This document shows, piece after piece, positions 1 through 8,464 of a DNA stretch of 32,000 nt. The notes beneath the pieces are model-generated. The model was not told the DNA's origin. It saw only the letters and a program-made list of their open reading frames with translations, and did not search any database. This DNA is from Desulfocapsa sulfexigens DSM 10523 (GTDB lineage: Bacteria > Desulfobacterota > Desulfobulbia > Desulfobulbales > Desulfocapsaceae): assembly GCF_000341395.1 (NCBI RefSeq), contig NC_020304.1, positions 2,700,001-2,732,000 on the forward strand, read 5' to 3'. Position 1 is the first letter of the stretch. Every line of letters begins with the position of its first letter. The translations under genes and the position numbers were made by a program.

Positions 1-331
1 AAAAGGAAATGGTATAGATAGGGATTTCTCTTTGGAACCTCATGAGTTTAAACAAATGGTTGAGGCAATAAGAAATGTTGAGAAAGCTATGGGGATTAAA
101 GAATATACTGTGACCCCAAGAATGAAATTGGCTCAAAAATCCTGTCGATCGTTGTTTATCGTAGCAGATGTTGTAAAAGGAGATGTTTTAACAAGTACGA
201 ATATGCGCTCAATTAGACCTGGTATTGGGTTGCATCCAAAACATTATAAAAATATTTTGGGAAAAAAAGTCAAACAAGATTTGATTCGGGGAACTCCACT
301 TGAATTAAAACATGTTTGTTTTGAACGATGA
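1..331 (+). CDS. C-terminal fragment (5' end outside window) of a NeuB/PseI/LegI-family nonulosonic acid synthase
   Basis: The reading frame is open from base 2. The tail ...FSLEPHEFKQMVEAIRNVEKAMG...NMRSIRPGIGLHPKHYKNILGKKV... matches the conserved C-terminal SAF (antifreeze-like) domain of sialic, pseudaminic and legionaminic acid synthases. Stop at 329-331. Confidence 0.8.
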   Translation, partial: KGNGIDRDFSLEPHEFKQMVEAIRNVEKAMGIKEYTVTPRMKLAQKSCRSLFIVADVVKGDVLTSTNMRSIRPGIGLHPKHYKNILGKKVKQDLIRGTPLELKHVCFER

Positions 332-449
332 CGCTGTGTAAAATGTAATTTATTGACTTGTTTCAACTACGCTTTCTTTTATTCTTCCCTCCCCCTTTCC
401 AATGAACAAAAAAAACTACCTTTTCTATTCGCAAGTGAATGGCTGAATA

Positions 450-2480
450 ATGGAATATAGACGTGAAATAGATGGATTAAGGTCTGTTGCTGTGTTTCCT
501 GTTATTTTGTTTCATGCAGGCTTTCAGTTGTTTGGCGGAGGATTTGTCGGCGTTGATGTTTTCTTCGTGATTAGCGGTTATTTGATTACCTCAATTATTA
601 TTACCGAAAAAAAGAAGGGGACTTTTTCAACTATTAATTTTTATGAACGGCGGGCAAGGCGAATATTGCCAGCTCTGTTTGTCGTTATGCTGGCTTCTCT
701 GATACCAGCGTGGTTTCTATTGACGCCAAAAGAAATGGAGGATTTTTCGAAGAGCTTGATCACAGTTCCATTGTTTGCATCCAATATATTGTTTTGGCAG
801 GAGAGTGGCTATTTCGAATTAGCGAATGAATTGAAACCACTTTTACATACGTGGAGTTTAGCCGTTGAGGAACAATTTTACCTGCTTTATCCTCTTTTCC
901 TGACATTGGTCTGGCGTTTAGGGAAGTATTGGTTATTTGGTTTTCTTTTTGTTATTTTAGTCATCAGTCTTGGGAGTGCCGAATGGGGCTTGATCCACGA
1001 TCCAGTTGGAGCTTTTTATTTGTTACCCACGAGAGGTTGGGAGCTTATAGTTGGTAGTTTGGCTGCCGTTTACACATTATATAAACAATCTCCCCCCAGT
1101 CAGACAGTATTGCGTGACCTAACAGGTGAACTCTTTGGAATAGTCGGTTTACTACTTATTAGCTATGCAATATTCACTTTTGATGAAACCGTTTCTTTTC
1201 CTGGTTTTAACGCAGCATTTCCTACTGTCGGGGCAGCATTAATTTTACTTTTTACTTCACAACGGACATGGGTTGGGAAACTGTTAGGCTCAAGGGTTCT
1301 TGTTGGATTAGGGCTGATTAGCTATAGTACATATTTATGGCACCAACCTTTGTTTGTCTTTGCTCGGTATTATTTTAGGTCAAAACCCAGTAATAACACA
1401 ATTTTCATTTTGATTTTATCTTCTGTTATCTTAGCATATTTAAGCTACCGGTATGTAGAGACACCGTTTAGAAAAAAAGACCTGATTAACCGCAATAAAA
1501 TTTTCTCATACTCAATTCTAGGCTCTATGTTTTTTGTCGTGTTGGGTGTTATTATTATGAATACTCAGGGCTTTAGTTCCCGTAAACCACAAAATATCCA
1601 ATGGGCTAGTCTTGGTGATAAAATTGATGTCGTCGGCAGAGTATGCGATATGCAGCCGGTTGATGATCATGAAAATATTAGATTGGGCTTTTTTGGAGAT
1701 TTGAGTGCTGATAGAACAGTAGGTTTATATGGAGATTCTCATGCATCAGCCCTCTCTTACCAATTGGATGACGAATTCAAGAAAAGAGGCATTAAGGGGG
1801 TCTATTTAGGCCTTGTCGGAAAGTGTCAAACCAATCCACTGTCTTCAGATAAAGGTATAAAAAAGGACACAATAAACTGCCAAAAGTCATTCAATTCTCT
1901 GTTAGACTATGTAGCGAATAATATTGATTCTATTATAGTTGTAAGCAGGTGGACTTTCAGACTCTATCCTGTGGCTGGAGCAATAGAGTCACTTGCTTTT
2001 GATAATGAAGAAGGTGGGAGGGAGTCTGAGGATTATAGAGAATATAGTGTCCTTAGAACTGATGGAACTTTTTCCTCATCTGGGATTGATAAGAAAAAGT
2101 CTTTGACTCACATGCTTGAATCCTTTTTGTCTACTAATGCCAGAGTAATACTTGTCTACCCTATACCTGAACTTGGTTGGCATGTATATTCAGAAAATTT
2201 GAGGTATTATGTTCGGAAAGGGGAGTATTTACCTGAACTTACCACAGCATATTCTCTCTATAAACAGAGAAATAAATATGTTATCAATGTGTTTGATGAA
2301 ATAAAAAGCAGAGAAAACTTAATTAGAATCAAACCTGATGAAATTTTCTGTAATACCTATAGGAAAAATAGATGTGTCGGTCAAATTGAAGGTGTTCCTC
2401 TGTATTTTGATGATGATCATGTGTCTGAGGCTGGGGCTCAGATGATTGTTGATAGGATTGTACCTACGCTGGTCTATTGA
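450..2480 (+). CDS. Acyltransferase-3 family membrane O-acyltransferase with fused C-terminal SGNH domain (OafA/OatA-like)
   Basis: 676-aa ORF. The N-terminus REIDGLRSVAVFPVILFHAG plus about 10 hydrophobic segments is the AT3 signature. The soluble C-terminal part has SGNH-like blocks (LYGDSHASAL and YFDDDHVSEAG). Confidence 0.85.
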   Translation: MEYRREIDGLRSVAVFPVILFHAGFQLFGGGFVGVDVFFVISGYLITSIIITEKKKGTFSTINFYERRARRILPALFVVMLASLIPAWFLLTPKEMEDFSKSLITVPLFASNILFWQESGYFELANELKPLLHTWSLAVEEQFYLLYPLFLTLVWRLGKYWLFGFLFVILVISLGSAEWGLIHDPVGAFYLLPTRGWELIVGSLAAVYTLYKQSPPSQTVLRDLTGELFGIVGLLLISYAIFTFDETVSFPGFNAAFPTVGAALILLFTSQRTWVGKLLGSRVLVGLGLISYSTYLWHQPLFVFARYYFRSKPSNNTIFILILSSVILAYLSYRYVETPFRKKDLINRNKIFSYSILGSMFFVVLGVIIMNTQGFSSRKPQNIQWASLGDKIDVVGRVCDMQPVDDHENIRLGFFGDLSADRTVGLYGDSHASALSYQLDDEFKKRGIKGVYLGLVGKCQTNPLSSDKGIKKDTINCQKSFNSLLDYVANNIDSIIVVSRWTFRLYPVAGAIESLAFDNEEGGRESEDYREYSVLRTDGTFSSSGIDKKKSLTHMLESFLSTNARVILVYPIPELGWHVYSENLRYYVRKGEYLPELTTAYSLYKQRNKYVINVFDEIKSRENLIRIKPDEIFCNTYRKNRCVGQIEGVPLYFDDDHVSEAGAQMIVDRIVPTLVY

Positions 2481-2581
2481 GAGTCGTATTTTCGGTTTTC
2501 AATTTAAAAAGAAGAATAATTTGAGTGTAATCTGTCGAATATTTTTGTAGAAGCAGTGAATAGTTTTTTTTAATAATGACC

Positions 2582-3736
2582 ATCAGTGCTGTCTCATAGT
2601 TTTTCCCACAGTAAAAGCTGTGGAGAAGCAGGTTGTTGTTTGTCTGGCGGCCTAAAGAGATCAGTCAAGGCGCGCCGTTGATCCAGACTTGGGTGAGGAC
2701 TGCGTTTTTTGATGTACCCAGAAATGTCTTAATTTTGAGGTTTTGCTTGATCCATTTGAAAAATTGTTCGATCTGCCATCGCTCTTTATAGATTGCCGCT
2801 ATCTCTGCAGCTTTCAGATGGTGAGCGTTAGTAACAAAACGGTATTCCTGGCCAGTTTCCAGGTCTGTGTAGGCAACAAGACGAAGTGGATCCTTAATGT
2901 TTTTGAGCCTGATTTGCTGATCGTTGGTTACACCAGGACTTTTACGACCAGCCCGTTTGAGAAGATATTCAACGTCAGCATTATTTTTCAAACGAGTAAC
3001 AAAGAAAATTCCGTCTTTCATGAGGGAGGAGTACCAGCCATAATCTGTAAAACCCCTATCAAAAACAGCAAATGATCCTTTGGGAAGCTTCAGTGTTTCT
3101 TTTGCCCAGTTGATTTCATGGACTTTACCATCGGTCATGTCCATAAAAGTAGGAAGGTAACCGTCAGCATCTATACCCATGTGCAGTTTGACAGCGTCTT
3201 TTCTTTTACGGAATTCAGCCCATGGAAATACTGCTAAGCAAAGATCAATAGTTGTTGTATCAAGTAGGTACAGCTTGTTTTTAAAAGAGAATTTGTGGCC
3301 GGGTGTCACCAGTTGACACTTTTTCAACAGATCAGAAAACACAGTTTTGTAAAGAGATGCTGGCTGTTTTTCATTTACTCTTGCCAGTGTCGCCTTTGAA
3401 GTTGGTTTCATGCCGAGGTGATATAAACGTTTTTTTTGCGCCTTCAAATTATCAGTAATATCACGAAGGCTTTTTCTACTGGAAAGTTGTCCTATCAGCA
3501 TTGCCATAAACTGGCTCCAGCGGTTATAGGATCTGAATTTTTGGCCCGAATGATGAAGTTTGGCATGATCATCAAAAACATGTCTGTTAATAAGTGAAGT
3601 AATTTGACTAAGGATTGTGTTATAATGCGCCATGGCTCGGATCTCCTTGTGTTAAATGGCTTTTTGGTCGAAATCATTATAACATAAAGAGCTCTCCGAG
3701 CCTCTTTTTATTGTCCAACTATGAGACAGCACTGAT
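2582..3736 (-). mobile_element. IS4-family insertion sequence, probably internally deleted
   Basis: A 20-bp terminal inverted repeat, ATCAGTGCTGTCTCATAGTT, at 2582-2601 is the exact reverse complement of 3717-3736. The repeats enclose a single DDE transposase ORF. I saw no clear target-site duplication. Confidence 0.75.
2665..3633 (-). CDS. IS4-family DDE transposase (C-terminally short)
   Basis: 322 aa with D, D and E blocks: LYLLDTTTIDL, FAVFDRGFTDY and YKERWQIEQFFKWIKQNLK (a Y-R-E-K type motif). The ORF ends at ...TQVWINGAP, soon after the E block. Confidence 0.85.
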   Translation of the reverse strand: MAHYNTILSQITSLINRHVFDDHAKLHHSGQKFRSYNRWSQFMAMLIGQLSSRKSLRDITDNLKAQKKRLYHLGMKPTSKATLARVNEKQPASLYKTVFSDLLKKCQLVTPGHKFSFKNKLYLLDTTTIDLCLAVFPWAEFRKRKDAVKLHMGIDADGYLPTFMDMTDGKVHEINWAKETLKLPKGSFAVFDRGFTDYGWYSSLMKDGIFFVTRLKNNADVEYLLKRAGRKSPGVTNDQQIRLKNIKDPLRLVAYTDLETGQEYRFVTNAHHLKAAEIAAIYKERWQIEQFFKWIKQNLKIKTFLGTSKNAVLTQVWINGAP

Positions 3737-3767
3737 TTGAAATGAAGCTCAAATAAACTTTTTTTAA

Positions 3768-3813
3768 CCGGCAGCCATGGTTTTAAAACGGTTGTGGCTG
3801 TCGGATCTTTTTC
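3768..3813 (+). terminator. Candidate intrinsic terminator
   Basis: The GC-rich stem CCGGCAGCCA (3768-3777) pairs with TGGCTGTCGG (3795-3804), including one G-U pair, and further wobble pairs extend it. It is followed by ATCTTTTTCT. Confidence 0.45.
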
Positions 3814-3955
3814 TATGCAATATTTTGCCAACTATTTTTATCGTTGGTGAAAAGAAACTTTGGAATGCCCCATGATTCTTTCGCGAGAAAGGAGGCTGTG
3901 GTGTTGGAGTCTCTTGTGCGTTATTATGGTGATATGCCTTGAGGAAGTTCTATTT

Positions 3956-4822
3956 ATGAAATGTAAAATTTGTAACTCTGGAAATTCCACAGTTTTATAT
4001 CACGGGAAAATCCGAATTGGTCGGTTTGGTGAGCTGTCTACTCAAGATCATACCGTGTTTAAATGTTTATCTTGTAAGGCAGGTTTTCTACCAAATGTCG
4101 GTTTCGATTATGAGGATTCTGAGTATCGCGTATCGGTTGAAGGTTCGGCGGAACTTGATGCATTCCAACTGTTGCATGATGTGGAACAAACCGAAAAATT
4201 GGTAGTTGTGGGGAGTGGCAATTTAAGGGGACGTATTATTGCCGATATCGGTTGTGGTGGTGGATCGTTTTTGGATCTTGTGGGTGGGATGGCTAGTGAA
4301 ACCATTGCAATAGAGCCCTGTTTGAGTTTTCAGAAAGAACTTGCGAAGAAACATAAGGTATATAGTTATGTGGCGGATGCTTTAAGTGATTGGACTGAAA
4401 AGGTTGATTTCGCAGTAAGCTTTGCAGTGCTAGAACACGTGGATGATCCACTGTTATTTTTGAAACAAATACGGGAGTTGATCAAGCCAGGAGGTAGGGT
4501 TCTGATCAGTACTCCTAATTATGATGACTGGCTACTACAATTTCACCCAGGTATTTATGACTCTTTTTTTTACCGTCAGGCTCATCGATGGTATTTTAAT
4601 GGTGAAGCGCTGCAGTCAATAGCAGTGTTGGCTGGGTACAAATCTGTTGAACTTATTTATAAAAATAGATTTGACCTGTCAAATGCTCTTCATTGGTTAC
4701 GTGATAATAGGCCAACAGGAAAGGGTAAAACGCAACTGTTTACACCATTGGATTGTGAATATAAAAAGAATTTGGAACAATCTGGTAAAGCTGATTTTAT
4801 CTACGCTTGGCTGTATCTTTGA
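3956..4822 (+). CDS. Class I SAM-dependent methyltransferase with N-terminal Cys4 zinc ribbon
   Basis: I chose the ATG at 3956, preceded by GAGGAAG, over the 3860 start in the ORF track. Cys4 ribbon: CKICNS...FKCLSCK. SAM motif I: IADIGCGGGSFLD. Post-I and motif IV-like segments are FAVLEHVDDP and PGGRVLISTPN. Confidence 0.8.
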   Translation: MKCKICNSGNSTVLYHGKIRIGRFGELSTQDHTVFKCLSCKAGFLPNVGFDYEDSEYRVSVEGSAELDAFQLLHDVEQTEKLVVVGSGNLRGRIIADIGCGGGSFLDLVGGMASETIAIEPCLSFQKELAKKHKVYSYVADALSDWTEKVDFAVSFAVLEHVDDPLLFLKQIRELIKPGGRVLISTPNYDDWLLQFHPGIYDSFFYRQAHRWYFNGEALQSIAVLAGYKSVELIYKNRFDLSNALHWLRDNRPTGKGKTQLFTPLDCEYKKNLEQSGKADFIYAWLYL

Positions 4823-4972
4823 TTACTCCAACCGGTAAACATTTGCTGCAATAATGTTAATGATACGAGTTTTATTCTTTGTTAGAGGTGGTCCAGAAAA
4901 TTTGAACAAGCTGTTAAGTGGAAAATCTGCTACCAATAATTCCCATGAAAAGATTTAAACAAGGAGCAGAAA

Positions 4973-5275
4973 ATGGCAAAAGGAACGAGAAGAAAACACT
5001 CAGCCGCATTCAAGGCGAAAGTGGCCCTTGCAGCGATGGCTGGAGACAAGACACTAGCAGAACTGGCGCAACGGTTTGAAGTGCATCCCAACCAGATCAC
5101 CGCTTGGAAAAGGCAACTGACAGAAGAGGCAGACTCTGTATTTGCCAAAGGTACTTCAAAAGAGCCAGCAGTTGATATAAAGACCCTACATGCGAAAATA
5201 GGCCAGCTAACGCTGGAAAACGATTTTTTAGAAGGTGCGCTCACCAAAGTGGGGTTGCTGAGCGTAAAGCGATGA
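4973..5275 (+). CDS. IS3-family transposase OrfA (HTH)
   Basis: 100 aa. [42 protein letters not shown] is the typical IS3/IS911 OrfA helix-turn-helix, followed by a leucine-zipper-like tail. AAGGAG RBS upstream. Confidence 0.9.
   Translation: MAKGTRRKHSAAFKAKVALAAMAGDKTLAELAQRFEVHPNQITAWKRQLTEEADSVFAKGTSKEPAVDIKTLHAKIGQLTLENDFLEGALTKVGLLSVKR
5224..5230 (+). promoter_or_regulatory. Candidate -1 programmed ribosomal frameshift heptamer (T TTT TTA)
   Basis: In the orfA frame the codons are GAT TTT TTA, an X XXY YYZ pattern. The -1 frame from here reads through without a stop into orfB (..[20 protein letters not shown]..). Confidence 0.4.
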
Positions 5276-6102
5276 TAGATCCAGCCCATACTCTTTCGAT
5301 TACACGACAAGCTCAAGTCGTTGAGATCAGTCGTGGTAGCGTGTATTACAAACCCAAACCAGTTAACGAAAACGACTTGGTGCTGATGCGGAAAATTGAT
5401 GAACTCCATTTGGAGCACCCGTTTATGGGGGCAAGGATGCTCCGTGATCAACTGAACCGAGATGGTGTTTCTGTCGGGCGCAAACATGTTGGAACCCTGA
5501 TGAAACGCATGGGAGTTGAAGCGTTATATAGGAAACCGGGAACGAGTAAAAAACATCCAGGTCACAAAATCTATCCGTATCTATTGAGAGGAAAGAGTAT
5601 CGATCAGTCCAACCAGGTCTGGGCTCTGGATACGACTTATATTCCCATGGCCAAAGGATTTGTGTATCTGACGGCTGTTGTTGACTGGGCAAGCCGGAAA
5701 GTGTTGGCCTCAAAACTTTCTATTACCCTCGAGGCCTGCCATGCAGTTGATGTGCTGAAAGAAGCCTTTGTTCATCATGGCATCCCAGAGATTGTCAACA
5801 CCGACCAGGGAAGTCAGTTTACCGCACAAGAGTTTATTGAGGTAGTGCACGAAAAGGGCTGCAAGATCAGCATGGATGGACGTGGGGCTTGGCGAGACAA
5901 TGTATTCGTTGAAAGACTATGGAGATCAGTGAAATACGAACGTGTTTATTTGCATGCTTATGATACAGTAAATGAGGCTCGAAGGTCTATCATGCAGTAT
6001 TTTGATTGGTATAACCGCTCAAGACCACATTCCGGATTGGAAAAAAGAACTCCAGATGAGGCCTACAACATAATGTTGCCACCAATTGAAAAGGCAGCTT
6101 AA
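5272..6102 (+). CDS. IS3-family transposase OrfB (rve integrase-type DDE domain), probably expressed as an OrfAB fusion
   Basis: DDE blocks: [23 protein letters not shown] and [14 protein letters not shown], plus [10 protein letters not shown]. It lies in the -1 frame relative to orfA, and that frame is open upstream back to the slippery site. Confidence 0.9.
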   Translation: MIDPAHTLSITRQAQVVEISRGSVYYKPKPVNENDLVLMRKIDELHLEHPFMGARMLRDQLNRDGVSVGRKHVGTLMKRMGVEALYRKPGTSKKHPGHKIYPYLLRGKSIDQSNQVWALDTTYIPMAKGFVYLTAVVDWASRKVLASKLSITLEACHAVDVLKEAFVHHGIPEIVNTDQGSQFTAQEFIEVVHEKGCKISMDGRGAWRDNVFVERLWRSVKYERVYLHAYDTVNEARRSIMQYFDWYNRSRPHSGLEKRTPDEAYNIMLPPIEKAA

Positions 6103-6248
6103 TTTAGGCAGAGGCTCCACTTAAAAATGACAGAATACTGTTCAAACAAACTGAGCCACCTCTGTTGGAGTTGCGTGTGCTGTCGGGTGATCCGAGCAAA
6201 TACTTCGCATTGGAAAGAGTCTAAACGTCTATCGAATCCAATCTGTTA

Positions 6249-7295
6249 ATGGTGAATAATATTTATATTGATAATTGTTTAATTGGTCCGCGTGCAAAAA
6301 CTTTTATTATAGCTGAAGTTGCACAAAATCATGACGGATCATTAGGTACTGCGCACGCTTATATTGACGCTGTCGCAAAAACCGGTGCTGATGCAATAAA
6401 ATTCCAGACTCATATTGCTTCTGAAGAATCGACCTTAGACGAACCATTTCGTGTTAAGTTCAGTTTCCAGGATGCTACCAGATATGCTTACTGGAAACGA
6501 ATGGAGTTCACATCAGAGCAATGGCAAGGTTTGGCTGGTCACGCAAAAGATGCCGGACTGGTTTTCCTGAGTTCTCCTTTTTCTGAAAAAGCTGTTAGGA
6601 TTCTTTCATCAATTGGTATGCCAGCCTGGAAGGTCGGTTCCGGCGAGGTTTTTAATAAGGATATTATTCGAGCAATGGCTCGAAATAAAGCTCCTATTCT
6701 TTTAAGTACTGGAATGAGTACATTTGAGGAAATATCTTCAGCTGTAAATATTGTCACAGATCTTGACTTGGAATTCGCTCTTTTTCAGTGTACGAGTATG
6801 TATCCAGTCCCGTTAACTAAAGTAGGATTGAATGTTATTGAGGAATTACGAGACCGTTATTCCTGTCCGATTGGCTATTCCGATCATACTGGGTCGATTT
6901 ATTCAGGATTAGCTGCTTTAGCCCAGTCAGTAGACTTGCTTGAAGTCCATGTGACCCTAGATAAAAGATCCTTCGGGCCTGATGTTCCTGTGTCGTTGAC
7001 TATGGAACAGTTGAAACAGTTGGTTGATGCTCGTGATGCATTCAAATCCATTCAGGAAAATCCAGTGGATAAAAATCTCATGGCATCTGAACTTATGGGA
7101 ATGCGTGGAATGTTTTCCAAGAGTGTATGTGTACGGAAAAAATTAAAAAAAGGTACAGTACTTGAGGAAAGTCTGTTAACTGTTAAAAAGCCTGGAAACG
7201 GCATCAAACCATCTGAAACACATAAGTTGTTAGGGTGTGCACTGGTTAGAGATGTAACACCGGATAGATTGCTTCGATGGGAGGATATAGAGTAA
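6249..7295 (+). CDS. neuB: N-acetylneuraminate / legionaminate synthase family protein (NeuB paralog, full length)
   Basis: 348 aa. FIIAEVAQNHDGSLGTAHAYIDAVAKTGADAIKFQTH, SDHT and a C-terminal SAF domain (KKPGNGI) are NeuB-family hallmarks. It abuts neuC directly (TAA then ATG). Confidence 0.9.
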   Translation: MVNNIYIDNCLIGPRAKTFIIAEVAQNHDGSLGTAHAYIDAVAKTGADAIKFQTHIASEESTLDEPFRVKFSFQDATRYAYWKRMEFTSEQWQGLAGHAKDAGLVFLSSPFSEKAVRILSSIGMPAWKVGSGEVFNKDIIRAMARNKAPILLSTGMSTFEEISSAVNIVTDLDLEFALFQCTSMYPVPLTKVGLNVIEELRDRYSCPIGYSDHTGSIYSGLAALAQSVDLLEVHVTLDKRSFGPDVPVSLTMEQLKQLVDARDAFKSIQENPVDKNLMASELMGMRGMFSKSVCVRKKLKKGTVLEESLLTVKKPGNGIKPSETHKLLGCALVRDVTPDRLLRWEDIE

Positions 7296-8447
7296 ATGTC
7301 AAGAAAAGTCTGTATTGTTGTAAATAGCAGGGCTAACTATGGCCGAATAAAAACGGTCCTTACTGCGGTGAAAAATCATCCTGATCTTGAACTGCAGCTT
7401 ATCGTAGGAGCCTCTGCGTTACTTGATCGATTTGGCAGTGTCATAGATATAATTAAAAAGGATGGTTTTGAACCTACTTCAGTAATTTATAGTATTGTTG
7501 AGGGTGAAAACCTTACAACTATGGCAAAGTCAACCGGGCTTGCTATTCAAGAGTTAACAAGTCAGTTCGAGAATCTGAAGCCGGATGTTGCATTGACAGT
7601 AGCGGACCGTTTTGAGACAATGGCAACTGCCATCACTGCCAGTTATATGAATATTCCTCTCGCGCATACTCAAGGTGGTGAAGTGACTGGTTCCATTGAT
7701 GAGTCGGTTCGTCATGCAATCACCAAACTTGCTCATATACATTTTCCTGCAACTCAGAAAGCAGCTGATAATATAATCCGGATGGGAGAGGATCCAAGCA
7801 CTGTATATGTGACCGGTTGTCCTGCTATTGATATTTGTAACAAAAGTAGTGTTGATGAACTATCATCTGATTTTTTCGAGAATTACAAAGGAGTTGGGCC
7901 AGGAATTGATCCTTTTAAACCCTATATAGTTGTGTTGCAACATCCTGTAACGACTGAGTTTGGACAAGGGTTTTTTCAGATTAATGAAACTCTAGAAGCT
8001 ATTCGCAATATTGATATGCAAATAGTATGGCTTTGGCCAAACGTTGATGCTGGTTCGGATGATATCTCCAAAGGCTTACGGGTATACCGTGAGAAGTATA
8101 GCCCTAAAAACATCCATTTCTTTAGAAACTTTTCACCTGAGGATTATGTTAAACTTATTGGTAATTGCAAATGCTTAGTCGGAAATTCAAGTTCTGGAAT
8201 TCGTGAAGGTGCATGGTTGGGGACACCGAATGTGACCATTGGTTCCCGTCAGTTTGGGCGTGAATGTGGTGACAATGTTATTCATGTTGGTTACCAAAGA
8301 GATGAAATTGAAAAGGCGATTAAATTTCAATTAAAGCATGGTGAATATTCAAGCAACCACCTGTACGGCGATGGGCATGCAGATGAAAAAATAGCCAATA
8401 TTCTTGCTACAGCTACTTTTAACATCAACAAAAAACTCTGTTATTGA
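7296..8447 (+). CDS. neuC: UDP-N-acetylglucosamine 2-epimerase (hydrolysing), NeuC/LegG type
   Basis: 383 aa. KVCIVVNSRANYGRIKTVL, VADRFETMA, AHTQGGEVTGSIDESVRHAITKLAHIHF and GNSSSGIREG match the NeuC subfamily. Confidence 0.9.
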   Translation: MSRKVCIVVNSRANYGRIKTVLTAVKNHPDLELQLIVGASALLDRFGSVIDIIKKDGFEPTSVIYSIVEGENLTTMAKSTGLAIQELTSQFENLKPDVALTVADRFETMATAITASYMNIPLAHTQGGEVTGSIDESVRHAITKLAHIHFPATQKAADNIIRMGEDPSTVYVTGCPAIDICNKSSVDELSSDFFENYKGVGPGIDPFKPYIVVLQHPVTTEFGQGFFQINETLEAIRNIDMQIVWLWPNVDAGSDDISKGLRVYREKYSPKNIHFFRNFSPEDYVKLIGNCKCLVGNSSSGIREGAWLGTPNVTIGSRQFGRECGDNVIHVGYQRDEIEKAIKFQLKHGEYSSNHLYGDGHADEKIANILATATFNINKKLCY

Positions 8448-8464
8448 GAATTAACGGTATACTT

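Larger units (their letters stand above)
4884..6163 (+). mobile_element. IS3-family insertion sequence (1280 bp) with 3-bp target-site duplication
   Basis: Imperfect terminal inverted repeats: AGAGGTGGTCCAGAAAATTTGAACA at 4884 onward versus the reverse complement of 6137-6163 (AGAGGTGGCTCAGTTTGTTTGAACA). GTT flanks both ends (4881-4883 and 6164-6166). The orfA/orfB arrangement is in 0/-1 frames. Confidence 0.85.

Noticed and set aside
2669-2676. The AscI octamer GGCGCGCC as a sign of an engineered or cloning junction
   Set aside because: A single rare-cutter site is not evidence of engineering. There are no vector-like sequences, and both IS ends are intact. I kept it only as a marker of the probable internal deletion point.
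2743-3075. 110-aa + strand ORF inside the IS4-family element
   Set aside because: It is antisense to the transposase gene, with no RBS and no motifs.
3860-3955. N-terminal extensions offered by the ORF track (also 16925-16960, 27136-27192 and 30545-30586)
   Set aside because: The extensions are Cys/Trp-rich or overlap the upstream gene, and they lack an RBS. Internal ATGs preceded by purine-rich RBS-like sequences give N-termini typical of the families.
4930-5487. 185-aa ORF on the minus strand
   Set aside because: It is entirely antisense to the well-supported IS3 orfA/orfB genes and has no recognisable motifs. Long antisense ORFs are common opposite more GC-rich coding sequence.
2582-6163. 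A composite transposon carrying the methyltransferase gene
   Set aside because: The two flanking IS elements belong to different families (IS4-type and IS3-type) with unrelated ends, so they cannot cooperate as a composite transposon.
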